Source of the DNA: Clostridia bacterium
Lineage (GTDB): Bacteria; Bacillota; Clostridia; Oscillospirales; CAG-272
Assembly (NCBI GenBank): GCA_017501545.1
Contig: JAFVWS010000044.1
Coordinates: 10,240-74,239 of the forward strand
Direction: 5' to 3'
Length of the DNA stretch: 64,000 bases
Within the stretch, counting starts at the first letter, position 1, and each line of letters opens with the position of its first letter. The notes under the pieces were generated by a model. That model saw only the letters and a list, made by a program, of their open reading frames with translations. It had not been told where the DNA came from and searched no databases. The translations under genes and the position numbers were made by a program. Positions 1 through 9,335 of this stretch are shown here, in pieces.

Positions 1-1
1 A

Positions 2-1507
2 TGTAATAAAGAGGTTAGTGATGGCGTAAAGGTATGTCCTTACTGTGGCGCCTCTATGGTTGAGGCTGAGAGCGAGATAATTTCGCTAAGCTTTGAGGAC
101 ACCGAGCCAAAAAAGGGAGCCCCTAAAAGAAAAAGAGGAATTTCAAAAAAGAATTTAATAGACGAAACCCCTATTAAGGTTGTTGGCTCAAAGCCAAAGG
201 TGGCACCAGCGCCTGAAAAGGGTGACCAAAACGAGGTTGTTTCACTTTCATTCAAGGAGGAGGATAATGACCCAACTCCAATTAAGGTGACAGAGGACGA
301 AACCACCCCTGAAACTCAAAGACCAATTCCAGTGGCAAAGAAAAAGCAGCCAAAAAAGGTTGGCAAGCTTACCCCTAACCCACTTGATGAGCCAGAGGAG
401 GAATTTGACGAGGCTGAGCAGATAAACGAGCCTGCGCCTGCCCCTGCAAAGAAAGAGGTGCCAGCTCCAGTAGTGGCTGAAGCACCTGCCGAGGAGCCAG
501 TGGCTGAAGAACCAGTTGAGGAGCCAGTAGCTGAAGAACCAGTTGAGGAGCCAGTGGCTGAAGAACCAGTTGAGGAGCCAGTGGCTGAAGAACCAGTGGC
601 TGAAGAACCAGTTGAGGAGCCAGTAGCTGAGGAGCCTGTATATGAAGAGGCTGTATATGAGGAGCCAACCGAGGAACCAGTATACGAAGAGGCTGTATAT
701 GAGGAGCTTTACGAGGAAGTAGTTGAGGAATACTATGAGGCGCCAGCCGAGGAGCCTGTATATGAAGAGGCTGTATATGAGGAGCCAACCGAGGAACCAG
801 TATACGAAGAGGCTGTATATGAGGAACCAACCGAGGAACCAGTATACGAAGAGCCTGTTCTCTATTCTGAGCCAGTATATGAGGAGGCAGTGGTTGAGCC
901 AGTATATGAGGCGCCAGTAGCCGAGGAAATACCTGAGGAAATTGTCGAGGAATATTATGAGGCACCAGTAGCCGAGGAGCCAACCGAGGAACCAATATAC
1001 GAGGCTGTGCCAGTTGTATACGAGGAACCGGTAGAAGAGCCTGTTTACGAGGAGCCAGTTGAGGAACCGGTAGAAGAGCCAGTAGCTGAGGAACCAGTCG
1101 AGGAACCAGTTGAAGAGCCAGTAGCTGAAGAACCAGTCGAGGAACCGGTAGAAGAGGTAGCTTATGAGGAGCCGGTGTACGAGGCGCCTGTATATTACGA
1201 GGAGCCAGTCGTAGTTCCAGCTTCTGAAAAGCCAGTAAAGGATAAGGCAAACTTCTTCCTTGCGTTCTTATCGTTTATCTTCCCACCATACCTTGGTATT
1301 TTACTATGGGTAAATGGCTACGACAAAAAGCCAAAAGCATCATCACAATATGGTGCGTGCGCATTTATAGGCTGTATTTTAAAGCAAATCGCCGTTCTTG
1401 TTATAGGAATAGCAGTAGTTGTTGCATATGCACTTTTTGTAGCTTGGTTTATTGTTGACTCACTACAAAAGGCTGGATATACAATAGTTTTCCCATGGCA
1501 AATGTAA
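2..1507 (+). CDS. Zinc-ribbon / Glu-Pro-Tyr low-complexity membrane protein, 5'-partial (runs off the window edge)
   Basis: The frame is open from base 2 (CNKEVSDGVKVCPYCGASM), i.e. the second half of a zinc ribbon lies upstream of the ORF-track ATG at 56. Long EEPV/EPVYEE repeats follow, with two hydrophobic helices near the C-terminus. Confidence 0.8.
   Translation, partial: CNKEVSDGVKVCPYCGASMVEAESEIISLSFEDTEPKKGAPKRKRGISKKNLIDETPIKVVGSKPKVAPAPEKGDQNEVVSLSFKEEDNDPTPIKVTEDETTPETQRPIPVAKKKQPKKVGKLTPNPLDEPEEEFDEAEQINEPAPAPAKKEVPAPVVAEAPAEEPVAEEPVEEPVAEEPVEEPVAEEPVEEPVAEEPVAEEPVEEPVAEEPVYEEAVYEEPTEEPVYEEAVYEELYEEVVEEYYEAPAEEPVYEEAVYEEPTEEPVYEEAVYEEPTEEPVYEEPVLYSEPVYEEAVVEPVYEAPVAEEIPEEIVEEYYEAPVAEEPTEEPIYEAVPVVYEEPVEEPVYEEPVEEPVEEPVAEEPVEEPVEEPVAEEPVEEPVEEVAYEEPVYEAPVYYEEPVVVPASEKPVKDKANFFLAFLSFIFPPYLGILLWVNGYDKKPKASSQYGACAFIGCILKQIAVLVIGIAVVVAYALFVAWFIVDSLQKAGYTIVFPWQM
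491..830 (+). repeat. Intragenic tandem repeats (27-bp EEPVAEEPV units and a ~75-bp block repeated at 120-bp offset)
   Basis: GAGGAGCCAGTRGCTGAAGAACCAGTT at 491, 518 and 545; the block starting at 629 recurs at 749. Confidence 0.9.
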
Positions 1508-1511
1508 AATG

Positions 1512-1537
1512 AAAGGAGCATCAAGCGATGCTCCTTT
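1512..1537. terminator. Bidirectional intrinsic terminator
   Basis: AAAGGAGCATC-aagc-GATGCTCCTTT between convergent genes, with a T-tract. Confidence 0.85.
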
Positions 1538-1549
1538 TTGTTTTTATTA

Positions 1550-3214
1550 TTAAGTTGGCTGTGTGCAATTCATTGCGATGAGTTCTGAAAGAACTATAAT
1601 AACTATCTTTCCTTCCTCGTTTACAGCCTTGATAACTGCATATGAATCGTAGTCAAAGGTGACTAATCTTTCACTAAGTGAAAGGGTTGCGTCACAAATA
1701 GTGTTTCCTTGTGGGTCATATACTGTTAGCACCTTGTGCACTGGTATAGATGCCTCGTTTCTTACGGTTTCAAGCGTGTAAATGTATCCCTCATGGAAGA
1801 ATATTTCGATATCGTCTGTGTCGATTGCAAGCACGCTTGGCTCACTACCCACCTTGATTACAAGATATTTTGTATTAAGAGTCTCGGTGTCCTCAAGGGA
1901 AACAACAGCGGCACTTGAAGAAATATATTCAAGATTTGCGTCGTTATCCTTAAGTGAGTAAACAACGTTTAGGCCGTGGTCGTAAATTGTGGTAGGAGTT
2001 ACAATTAGCTTCTCGTTTGCATAGGAAACGTAATCAAGAGTGCCGATTAGGTTGTCGTCCTTGTCGTAAACCTGGGTTGTAAAGGTGTCTCTTACAATAT
2101 ATGTATTGTCGCTTAATACATTAAATACCTTTGATTCGTTTGCAAATGGCAAATCTCTGTATGTGCCGTCATTATAAAGAAGGATTGTAGCCCTTGATGA
2201 ATTGCCAGAGTAAACAAGCTCCTTGTTGTTGATTAACGTACCAACAGCAACGTTTTGCGCACCGTAAGGAAGCTTTTCGCTTGAGGTTACGCTGGAAAGA
2301 AGATAAGGCATTGTAATTTCCTTATATGTAAGCGTTGCAAGGTCATAGAAGAATGTGTCAAGCTTGTAGCAAGTGCCGTTTAATACGTAGTCATAGTTGC
2401 GCTTTTCAACGTCTGGTGAATAGTCGCAAACCTTACCACTTACTTGGAAAATAACGTTTCCGTTTTCAAGCGTGTATTTTGAGTAATTTGTGTTAGCAAG
2501 TGGGCTTAATGCGTTTGGCGCAAGCTGTTGCGTTGCCAAAAGCTTGTATGTGCTACCAAATACGTAAAGTGTGTTTGATTCGTAGAATACGTATAAGCCA
2601 TCGTAGCAAGTAAGGTCCTTTATAATAGCAGAAACAATAGAGTCTGAAAGGTCCTTAACTAAAGACATTTCGCCGTTTTTGTATTCATAAACCTTGTCGT
2701 CGGTAAGAATTCTACCATCGTTAAGATATGTAATTTCATAGTCGCTCTTTAAAAGCTCCTTGCCCTCGGTTGAGCGTACGATATATTCAGTTGTGCCACT
2801 TGCCTTTGTGCCAGCAACTGTGAAAACGTTATCGCCAAATGAAACGCTAACACTCTTATAGAGTGATGAATAAGCCTTTTCCTCAATAGAATATTCAATG
2901 CTTACTGAGTAAACGGCCTGCTTTGTGTGAACGTTATAAACTGTGTGTGTTGAGGTGAGGTGTGTTTTTGCCTCGTTTAATGACTCTTGAGTTGCTACGT
3001 AAACAAATGATTCATCTGCGCTTTTGTAGCCTGAGTCAATTACGAAGCTGTCAAAGGTGTCAAATTCATTGTAATCAGCCTTTGTGTCCTTGATTTCATC
3101 AAAGAAGGAAGGGGTGTCCTCTTTTTCGCCATTATTTGGGAAAAGACAAGAGGTTAAAACAAAGGGAATACATAAAGCAAATACTAAAAGAATTGCTAAA
3201 GCTTTCTTTTTCAT
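1550..3214 (-). CDS. Lipoprotein of unknown function
   Basis: Likely start is the ATG at 3214 with AAGGAG RBS (the track start at 3277 is too long). Signal MKKKALAILLVFALCIPFVLTSC carries a lipobox. No family recognised. Confidence 0.8.
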   Translation of the reverse strand: MKKKALAILLVFALCIPFVLTSCLFPNNGEKEDTPSFFDEIKDTKADYNEFDTFDSFVIDSGYKSADESFVYVATQESLNEAKTHLTSTHTVYNVHTKQAVYSVSIEYSIEEKAYSSLYKSVSVSFGDNVFTVAGTKASGTTEYIVRSTEGKELLKSDYEITYLNDGRILTDDKVYEYKNGEMSLVKDLSDSIVSAIIKDLTCYDGLYVFYESNTLYVFGSTYKLLATQQLAPNALSPLANTNYSKYTLENGNVIFQVSGKVCDYSPDVEKRNYDYVLNGTCYKLDTFFYDLATLTYKEITMPYLLSSVTSSEKLPYGAQNVAVGTLINNKELVYSGNSSRATILLYNDGTYRDLPFANESKVFNVLSDNTYIVRDTFTTQVYDKDDNLIGTLDYVSYANEKLIVTPTTIYDHGLNVVYSLKDNDANLEYISSSAAVVSLEDTETLNTKYLVIKVGSEPSVLAIDTDDIEIFFHEGYIYTLETVRNEASIPVHKVLTVYDPQGNTICDATLSLSERLVTFDYDSYAVIKAVNEEGKIVIIVLSELIAMNCTQPT

Positions 3215-3331
3215 AGTAAACTCCTTAAGAATTATTATTTGTATTAACATTATATCAAATAATGCGCGTTTTGTCAATTCGCTTCACAAAAAGTTAAATT
3301 TTACAAGCGGGAAATAAAGGGTGCACCGAAA

Positions 3332-3696
3332 GCGTGTTATCCTTAACGGAAAACTTGAAAGCTCTTTCAAATCTTGTTGAGAGCCAGCATCACATTTGTA
3401 TACACAATTCAGTTGGGCAGAAGCCCAAGCAACCCCACTAACAACAGAAAAGAGAAGATTCGTTTTTAAGCGAGTATTCCTTTCCCTTTGTCTGTTAAGT
3501 GATATGCTGACTAAAGCCAGCGTGATATTTTCGCTTTGCGAAAGTGATATTGAAGCCTTATGGCTTCAGTGATATTCTTTTCGCCATAAACTTGCGAAGC
3601 AAATATCACTCGGCACAAGCCGAATAACACTGCGTAGCAATATAGTTCGCCGTGTGCGAATAGAACTGGCGTGATACTCCGTTAAGAGTATCACGC
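3332..3696 (+). repeat. 'Comb' repeat element copy 1 (core AGTGATAT(T)/(A)ATATCACT), MITE/REP-like
   Basis: Four forward and several inverted core words separated by mini-hairpins. Ends in the perfect hairpin GCGTGATACTC-CGTTAA-GAGTATCACGC (3669-3696). The left end 3332-3350 is a 16/19 inverted match to it. Confidence 0.8.
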
Positions 3697-3722
3697 CGAA
3701 CGCACCCTGTGTTTATTTTGGT

Positions 3723-5771
3723 TTATTTTACCTCGTTTGGCTTAACCTTTGATGCAAGCTGGGCTGGAACCTCCTCGTATCTTACGAAGTGGAACGTAAA
3801 GTTTCCTCTGCCCTGTGTCATTGCACGAAGAGCGATAACGTAGTCTGTCATCTCAGATTTAGGAACCTCAGCCTCAACAATTGAATACTTAGGACGCTTT
3901 GCATCTGGCTCCATACCAAGCACACGGCCACGACGCTTGTTAAGGTCGCCCATTACGTCGCCAACCATAGACTCAGGCACGGAAACCTTAAGCGTTCCAA
4001 TTGGCTCAAGCAAAACTGGTCCTGCCGCAGTTAATTCCTTATATGCAAGGCGTGCAGCAAGCTTAAACGAAAGCTCGTTTGAGTCAACGTCGTGGTATGA
4101 GCCACCAGTTAAATCGGCACCAAGGTTAACCATAGGATAACCAAGAAGCACGCCACTTTCCATGGCTTCTACCAAGCCCTTTTCAACAGCTGGGAAGTAA
4201 TTCTTTGGAACCTCACCACCAACAACGCTTGTTGTAAACGTAAGTCCCTCGTTGTCCTCGCAGTGTGAGAATGTAATTTTAACGTGTCCGTATTGACCAG
4301 CACCACCGGATTGCTTCTTGTGCTTGCCCTCTACGCTGATTGTCTTTTTAATTGTTTCTCTGTATGCAATCTTAGGCTGAACAAGTGAAATTGATACACC
4401 ATATCTGTTCTTTAGCTTGCAAACAACGGTATCAAGGTGAACGTCACCAATACCCTTAAGAAGCAATTCTCCAGTTTCAACAAAGTTTTCATACTTAACG
4501 GTCTTATCCTCGTCAAGCACCTTTGCAATTGCGTTAGCAACCTTGTCCTCGTCCTTGCCGTCGGTCTTGATTGCCATGGTCATATTTGCCTCTGGGAATT
4601 CGATTTTTGCGTACTCTGTGTCTGATTTTTCGCATAGAGTGTCACAAGTATTAGTGTTAGTAAGCTTAGCGATAACACCGATATCACCACAAGCAAGTGA
4701 GTCAACCTCGGTTTGCTTTTTACCACAGATTGTGTAAATCTTAGAAAACTTTTCGCTTGCTCCCGTGGAAACGTTTTTAAGAACCATATCCTTCTTTAAT
4801 TCGCCATTCATAACCTTGAAGAAGGAGAAGCGACCTACAAATGGGTCTGAAATTGTTTTGAATACAAACAGCCTGCACTCACCCTCGCGCTCGATTGCAA
4901 CGTCGTTGCCATTTACGTCCTTCTCAACCTTTTTGGCTGTGTGACGTGGGAAGGATTGTGAAATTGAGGAAAGAATTGAGTAAATACCTCTCATGCTCTC
5001 TGATGAGCCACACCATACTGGAACGATAGAGCCAGTAATCATACCCTCGTGAAGCGCGTTTGCACACTCATCCTCGCTAAATCTCTCGCCCTCGAAGAAC
5101 TTTTCAAGCATTTCCTCGTTGGTTTGTGCGCAAGCCTCCATAAATATCTCTTGGTATTTTTCAGCTATTTCAAGACGAGATGGGGTCATTTCCTCCTCTT
5201 GTCTTTCACCGTTAGGAAGATAACGGAAGCACTTCATTGTCTTTAAATCAACCATCATTGTACCATTAGGCTCCTTGATAGGAATGAAAACAGGACAAAG
5301 CGCGTTTCCAAATTCCTCTCTTAGCTGGTTGAATACTCTGTCAAAGTCAGCATCTGGGTCGTCACATTTATTAATAAAGAAGGCTCTTGGAAGTCCTGCC
5401 TCAAGGGCGTTATACCAGCCTATTTCAGTGCCAACCTCCAAGCCTGATTTAGCATCGATATTGATTAGCGCTGCATCAGCAACTCTAAGTGCGCTTGCAA
5501 CCTCGCCTGCAAAGCCAAGAAAGCCAGGACAGTCAATAAGGTTAATCTTACAGCCCTGCCACTCAAGGTTAACGACGGACAAGCCTATTGAAATACCTCT
5601 TTTGATTTCCTCTTGGTCGTAGTCAGAAACTGTGTTACCGTCGCAAATTCTACCTAAGCGGTCAGTTGCCTTAGCTCTGAATAGCATAGACTCGATAGTT
5701 GCAGTCTTACCACTTCCGCTGTGACCTATTAAGCACACGTTTCTAATTTCATTTGTTGCAAATTTTGCCAT
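3723..5771 (-). CDS. fusA: Elongation factor G paralog (EF-G2/EF-G II type)
   Basis: GHSGSGKT, EEIKRGISI, DCPGF, NKCD and KKQSGGAGQYG; 682 aa. The G-motifs deviate from canonical EF-G, so this is a paralog. Confidence 0.9.
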   Translation of the reverse strand: MAKFATNEIRNVCLIGHSGSGKTATIESMLFRAKATDRLGRICDGNTVSDYDQEEIKRGISIGLSVVNLEWQGCKINLIDCPGFLGFAGEVASALRVADAALINIDAKSGLEVGTEIGWYNALEAGLPRAFFINKCDDPDADFDRVFNQLREEFGNALCPVFIPIKEPNGTMMVDLKTMKCFRYLPNGERQEEEMTPSRLEIAEKYQEIFMEACAQTNEEMLEKFFEGERFSEDECANALHEGMITGSIVPVWCGSSESMRGIYSILSSISQSFPRHTAKKVEKDVNGNDVAIEREGECRLFVFKTISDPFVGRFSFFKVMNGELKKDMVLKNVSTGASEKFSKIYTICGKKQTEVDSLACGDIGVIAKLTNTNTCDTLCEKSDTEYAKIEFPEANMTMAIKTDGKDEDKVANAIAKVLDEDKTVKYENFVETGELLLKGIGDVHLDTVVCKLKNRYGVSISLVQPKIAYRETIKKTISVEGKHKKQSGGAGQYGHVKITFSHCEDNEGLTFTTSVVGGEVPKNYFPAVEKGLVEAMESGVLLGYPMVNLGADLTGGSYHDVDSNELSFKLAARLAYKELTAAGPVLLEPIGTLKVSVPESMVGDVMGDLNKRRGRVLGMEPDAKRPKYSIVEAEVPKSEMTDYVIALRAMTQGRGNFTFHFVRYEEVPAQLASKVKPNEVK

Positions 5772-6010
5772 TTTGTTTTTCCTCGATTCGTATTAATAAA
5801 AAGTAGATATTATATATTTAACATCAACCATAAATTAATTGTAGCACACTTTATTTCTACTTGCAATGTTTTTTGTGCAAATTGTTGCGTTTTTTTGAAA
5901 AAAATAACAAATTTTGTGCATTTTGACTAATAAATTATTCTGTTGTATTTTATCTGTACGTGTGATAAAATATATTTGTGGTTAAAAATATTAACCTAAA
6001 AGGAGAATTT

Positions 6011-6670
6011 ATGATAACTTACAAGGAAATAAAAGCCAACGAGGCGATAAAGGCTTATATTAAAAAGGCAGATGAGTCGCTTAACGCCCTTGGCTTTACC
6101 GAGCATTCCTTTGCACACGTTGGCTTGGTTGCCAATCGCGCTGAATATATTCTTACTACCCTTGGATATGACGAGCATACGGTTGAGCTTGTAAAAATTG
6201 CATCTCACCTACACGATATTGGTAATATTGTAAACAGGCGTGAGCATTCTCAAAGTGGTGCTGTAATGGCGTTTCGAATACTTGATAAGCTTGATATGAC
6301 GCCAGATGACATTGCAACCGTTGTAACTGCCATAGGCAACCATGACGAGGGCGAGGGAGAGGCAGTAAACGAGGTTGCTGCGGCATTAATTCTTGCTGAC
6401 AAGAGTGACGTTAGACGTACAAGAGTAAGAAACACCGATATGACCAAGTTTGATATTCATGACCGTGTTAACTACTCTGTTTATGAGTCCGACATTTCAA
6501 TAAACAGCGAAAAAACAAAAATAATTCTAAAGCTTAAGATTGATACTGAAATTAGCTCGGTTATGAACTATTTTGAGATTTTTCTTGGTAGAATGCTTAT
6601 GTGTAAAAGGGCGGCTACTAAGCTTGGGCTTGAATTTAGACTTATAATTAACGAGCAGGAGATAATATAA
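6011..6670 (+). CDS. HD-domain phosphohydrolase
   Basis: EHSFAH...LHDIGN...H...NHD...LADKSD metal-binding pattern. ATG at 6011 with AAGGAG RBS. Confidence 0.85.
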   Translation: MITYKEIKANEAIKAYIKKADESLNALGFTEHSFAHVGLVANRAEYILTTLGYDEHTVELVKIASHLHDIGNIVNRREHSQSGAVMAFRILDKLDMTPDDIATVVTAIGNHDEGEGEAVNEVAAALILADKSDVRRTRVRNTDMTKFDIHDRVNYSVYESDISINSEKTKIILKLKIDTEISSVMNYFEIFLGRMLMCKRAATKLGLEFRLIINEQEII

Positions 6671-8283
6671 TGCCAGAAATCTATACAGTATCAAGCCTTG
6701 AAAAGGTCCTATTACACAAGAAGCCAAAAACCGAAAAGCGAGGCTCAATGGCGAAAAACGAGACCTTTGCGTTTCAGGTTGCGTACAAGTATAATCGCTT
6801 TGCTAACGATATAAAGGTAGAAATAGAAAGTCCTATAAAGGACTTTATCACATATCGTCAGGTGGAATATGTTGCTTGCACAAGCGTTAATTTGTGGGAG
6901 GGTGACGGCTTTTATTTCTCAGATAAAGCATATGCCTGCCCTGACGTTTTAAGACCTCTTAAGGGTGGGCTTGCCAAGGCGAGGGCATGCGAATACAGCA
7001 CGCTTTGGTTTACAGTTAAGGGTGATTTGCCAGCTGGTAAGCACAAAATTAAGGTGACCCTTTACGCACCGTGGTGTGAGCCGTTAAGCGTGGAATACAC
7101 CCTTGAGGTTATGGATTTTGAGCTTGAAAGGACTAATTTTATCTACACAAACTGGTTCCACTATGATGGGATAGCAAGCTACTATGGCGTAAAAATGTTT
7201 TCGCCAAAATACAATAAAATAATGGAAAGCTACATAAAAACGGCAGTTAATCACGGTGTAAATATGCTACTTATTCCTATGTTTACCCCACCACTTGACA
7301 CGCGCGTGGGTAGTGAGCGCATAACTGCACAGCTAATTGACGTATATAAAAACGATGGTATATATAGCTTCGATTTTGATAGACTTATTTCGTTTATGAG
7401 GCGCGTATCTGAGCTTGGAATTGAGTATTTTGAGATGAGCCATCTCTTTACACAGTGGGGCGCTAAGTGCGCACCGAAGGTTGAAGCGTACGTTGACGGC
7501 AGAAAAAAGAAAATTTTCGGCTGGAAAAACGGTGCAACCTCACCTGAATATAGTGAATTTTTGAGTGAGCTTTTGCCAAGACTAAGACAAAGACTGATTG
7601 ACGAGGGACTATATTCTCGCTGTCGCTTCCATCTTTCTGATGAGCCAAACGATGGCTGTATTGAAAACTACAAGGAGGCGTGGGCGCTATTTAAAAAATA
7701 TATGCCTGATGCACCAGTTACTGACGCACTAAGCCACTATGATTTTTACAAAATGGGGCTTGTTGACGTGGCTGTTTGCTCAACTAAGGCAATTGATACC
7801 TTCCTTGAAAATAAGGTTGAAAACCTTTTTGCATACTACTGCTGTGCCGAAAGTGGCGATATGCTATCAAACAGATATATGTCGTACACCTCGCTAAGAA
7901 ATCGCGTTATTGGAATACAGCTTTATCTAAATAATATCAGTGGATTTTTGCACTGGGGCTACAATTTTTACAATACTGTCCTTTCTGACGAGGCAATTGA
8001 CCCGTATCAAATTAATGACGGCGCGGGGGGCTTCCAAAGCGGAGATGCGTTTATTGTTTACCCAGGCAAGGACGGCGCGCTTGACTCGCTACGCCACGAG
8101 GTTTTCTATGATGGACTTCAGGATATGCGTCTTTTCTATACTTTAGAGAAAAAAATTGGCAGAGAAAAGACACTTGAGCTTTTAAATAGCTATGGCTACA
8201 AATCAGGCTTCAGAGTATATCCACACGATGAGGAGTCGCTTCTTAAGGTAAGATACGAGGCGCAAAAAATCCTTGCAATGTAA
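6670..8283 (+). CDS. DUF4091-domain putative glycoside hydrolase
   Basis: SDEP in the core; C-terminal GFLHWGYNFY...GDAFIVYPG...SLRHEVFYDGLQD motif typical of DUF4091. Start overlaps the upstream stop (TAATG). Confidence 0.75.
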   Translation: MPEIYTVSSLEKVLLHKKPKTEKRGSMAKNETFAFQVAYKYNRFANDIKVEIESPIKDFITYRQVEYVACTSVNLWEGDGFYFSDKAYACPDVLRPLKGGLAKARACEYSTLWFTVKGDLPAGKHKIKVTLYAPWCEPLSVEYTLEVMDFELERTNFIYTNWFHYDGIASYYGVKMFSPKYNKIMESYIKTAVNHGVNMLLIPMFTPPLDTRVGSERITAQLIDVYKNDGIYSFDFDRLISFMRRVSELGIEYFEMSHLFTQWGAKCAPKVEAYVDGRKKKIFGWKNGATSPEYSEFLSELLPRLRQRLIDEGLYSRCRFHLSDEPNDGCIENYKEAWALFKKYMPDAPVTDALSHYDFYKMGLVDVAVCSTKAIDTFLENKVENLFAYYCCAESGDMLSNRYMSYTSLRNRVIGIQLYLNNISGFLHWGYNFYNTVLSDEAIDPYQINDGAGGFQSGDAFIVYPGKDGALDSLRHEVFYDGLQDMRLFYTLEKKIGREKTLELLNSYGYKSGFRVYPHDEESLLKVRYEAQKILAM

Positions 8284-8386
8284 GGGATAATATGCCAAAA
8301 AGCGCGAAAATAGTTGATTTTTGTTTATTTTCGCTTTATAATTAAAATGTAAAATAGCTTCGAAAAAACAAAAAAGGAAGAAAGTT

Positions 8387-9268
8387 ATGAGCTACTATAT
8401 TCTTTACAACAAATACGCAGGCAATGGCATCGCAAGAGAAAAGGCTGAGGAGCTTGCAAGCAAGCTTGGCGCAAATGAGGACTCAATCTATGATATGACC
8501 TCCGCTGACTACTCTACACTATTTACTGATAAAGAAGCAGACATCATTATTCTCGGTGGCGACGGCACACTAAACAGATTTATAAACGATACTGCTGGCT
8601 TAAATCTTGAAAACAAGGTTTTCATTTTCCCACTCGGTACAGGAAATGACTTTTTGAAGGACATTGAGGCGGAGCAAAATGGTGAGCCAATTGAGATAAC
8701 AAAATACATAAAACGCCTACCTGTGTGCGAAATTGCAGGTAAAAGGTCATATTTTATAAACGGCGTTGGCTTTGGAATTGACGGATACTGCTGTGAAGAG
8801 GGTGACCGTCAAAAGGCTGCCGGAAAAAAGAATATTAACTATACAGGCATTGCAATTAAGGGTCTTCTTGGCAAGTTTAAGCCAAGAAGGGTTACTATTA
8901 CAGTTGACGGCGTGGAGCATTCCTATGACTATGCGTGGCTTGCACCAGTTATGTGGGGCAGGCATTATGGCGGAGGTATGATTGCAACGCCAGACCAAAT
9001 AAGAGATAATGAGGATGGCACGCTTTCAGTTATGCTATTCCACGGCAAAAGCAAGCTTGCTACTCTTATTTTGTTCCCATCTATCTTTAAGGGCGCACAC
9101 CTGAAGAATCAAAAAAGAACAGCGGTGTTTACTGGTAAGGAGATTATAGTTGAATTTGAGGAGCCATGCTCAGCACAAATTGATGGCGAAACTGTACTAA
9201 ACGTAAAACGCGCAAAATATACTGCGGCACAACCAGTTGTAAAGCTTGAAAACGAGGCAAACGTATAA
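8387..9268 (+). CDS. Diacylglycerol-kinase family lipid kinase (YegS/BmrU-like)
   Basis: GGDGTLN, GTGNDF, FINGVGFGIDG, YGGGM and QIDGE motifs. Confidence 0.88.
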   Translation: MSYYILYNKYAGNGIAREKAEELASKLGANEDSIYDMTSADYSTLFTDKEADIIILGGDGTLNRFINDTAGLNLENKVFIFPLGTGNDFLKDIEAEQNGEPIEITKYIKRLPVCEIAGKRSYFINGVGFGIDGYCCEEGDRQKAAGKKNINYTGIAIKGLLGKFKPRRVTITVDGVEHSYDYAWLAPVMWGRHYGGGMIATPDQIRDNEDGTLSVMLFHGKSKLATLILFPSIFKGAHLKNQKRTAVFTGKEIIVEFEEPCSAQIDGETVLNVKRAKYTAAQPVVKLENEANV

Positions 9269-9276
9269 AAATAAAC

Positions 9277-9309
9277 AAAATCCGCGAGAGGGCTTTCTTG
9301 CGGATTTTT
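9277..9309 (+). terminator. Intrinsic terminator
   Basis: AAAATCCGCGAGA...TCTTGCGGATTTT hairpin plus T-run, just after the kinase stop. Confidence 0.75.
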
Positions 9310-9335
9310 CTATTAAATTAAAATGGTAAAAACAT

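Noticed and set aside
375-1250. 291-aa antisense ORF (and the 40..306 and 723..920 ORFs)
   Set aside because: Shadow frames of the Glu/Pro repeat gene; the repeats lack stop codons in those frames.
3498-3667. Comb arrays (also 12300-12470 and 30844-31005) as CRISPR arrays
   Set aside because: Repeats are 8-9 nt, spacers are 7-16 nt self-complementary hairpins, the word inverts midway, and there are no cas genes.
3723-5771. Ribosomal protection protein (TetM/TetO)
   Set aside because: The domain IV KKQSGGAGQYG motif and C-terminus are EF-G-like, Tet-type signatures are not evident, and there is no mobile context.
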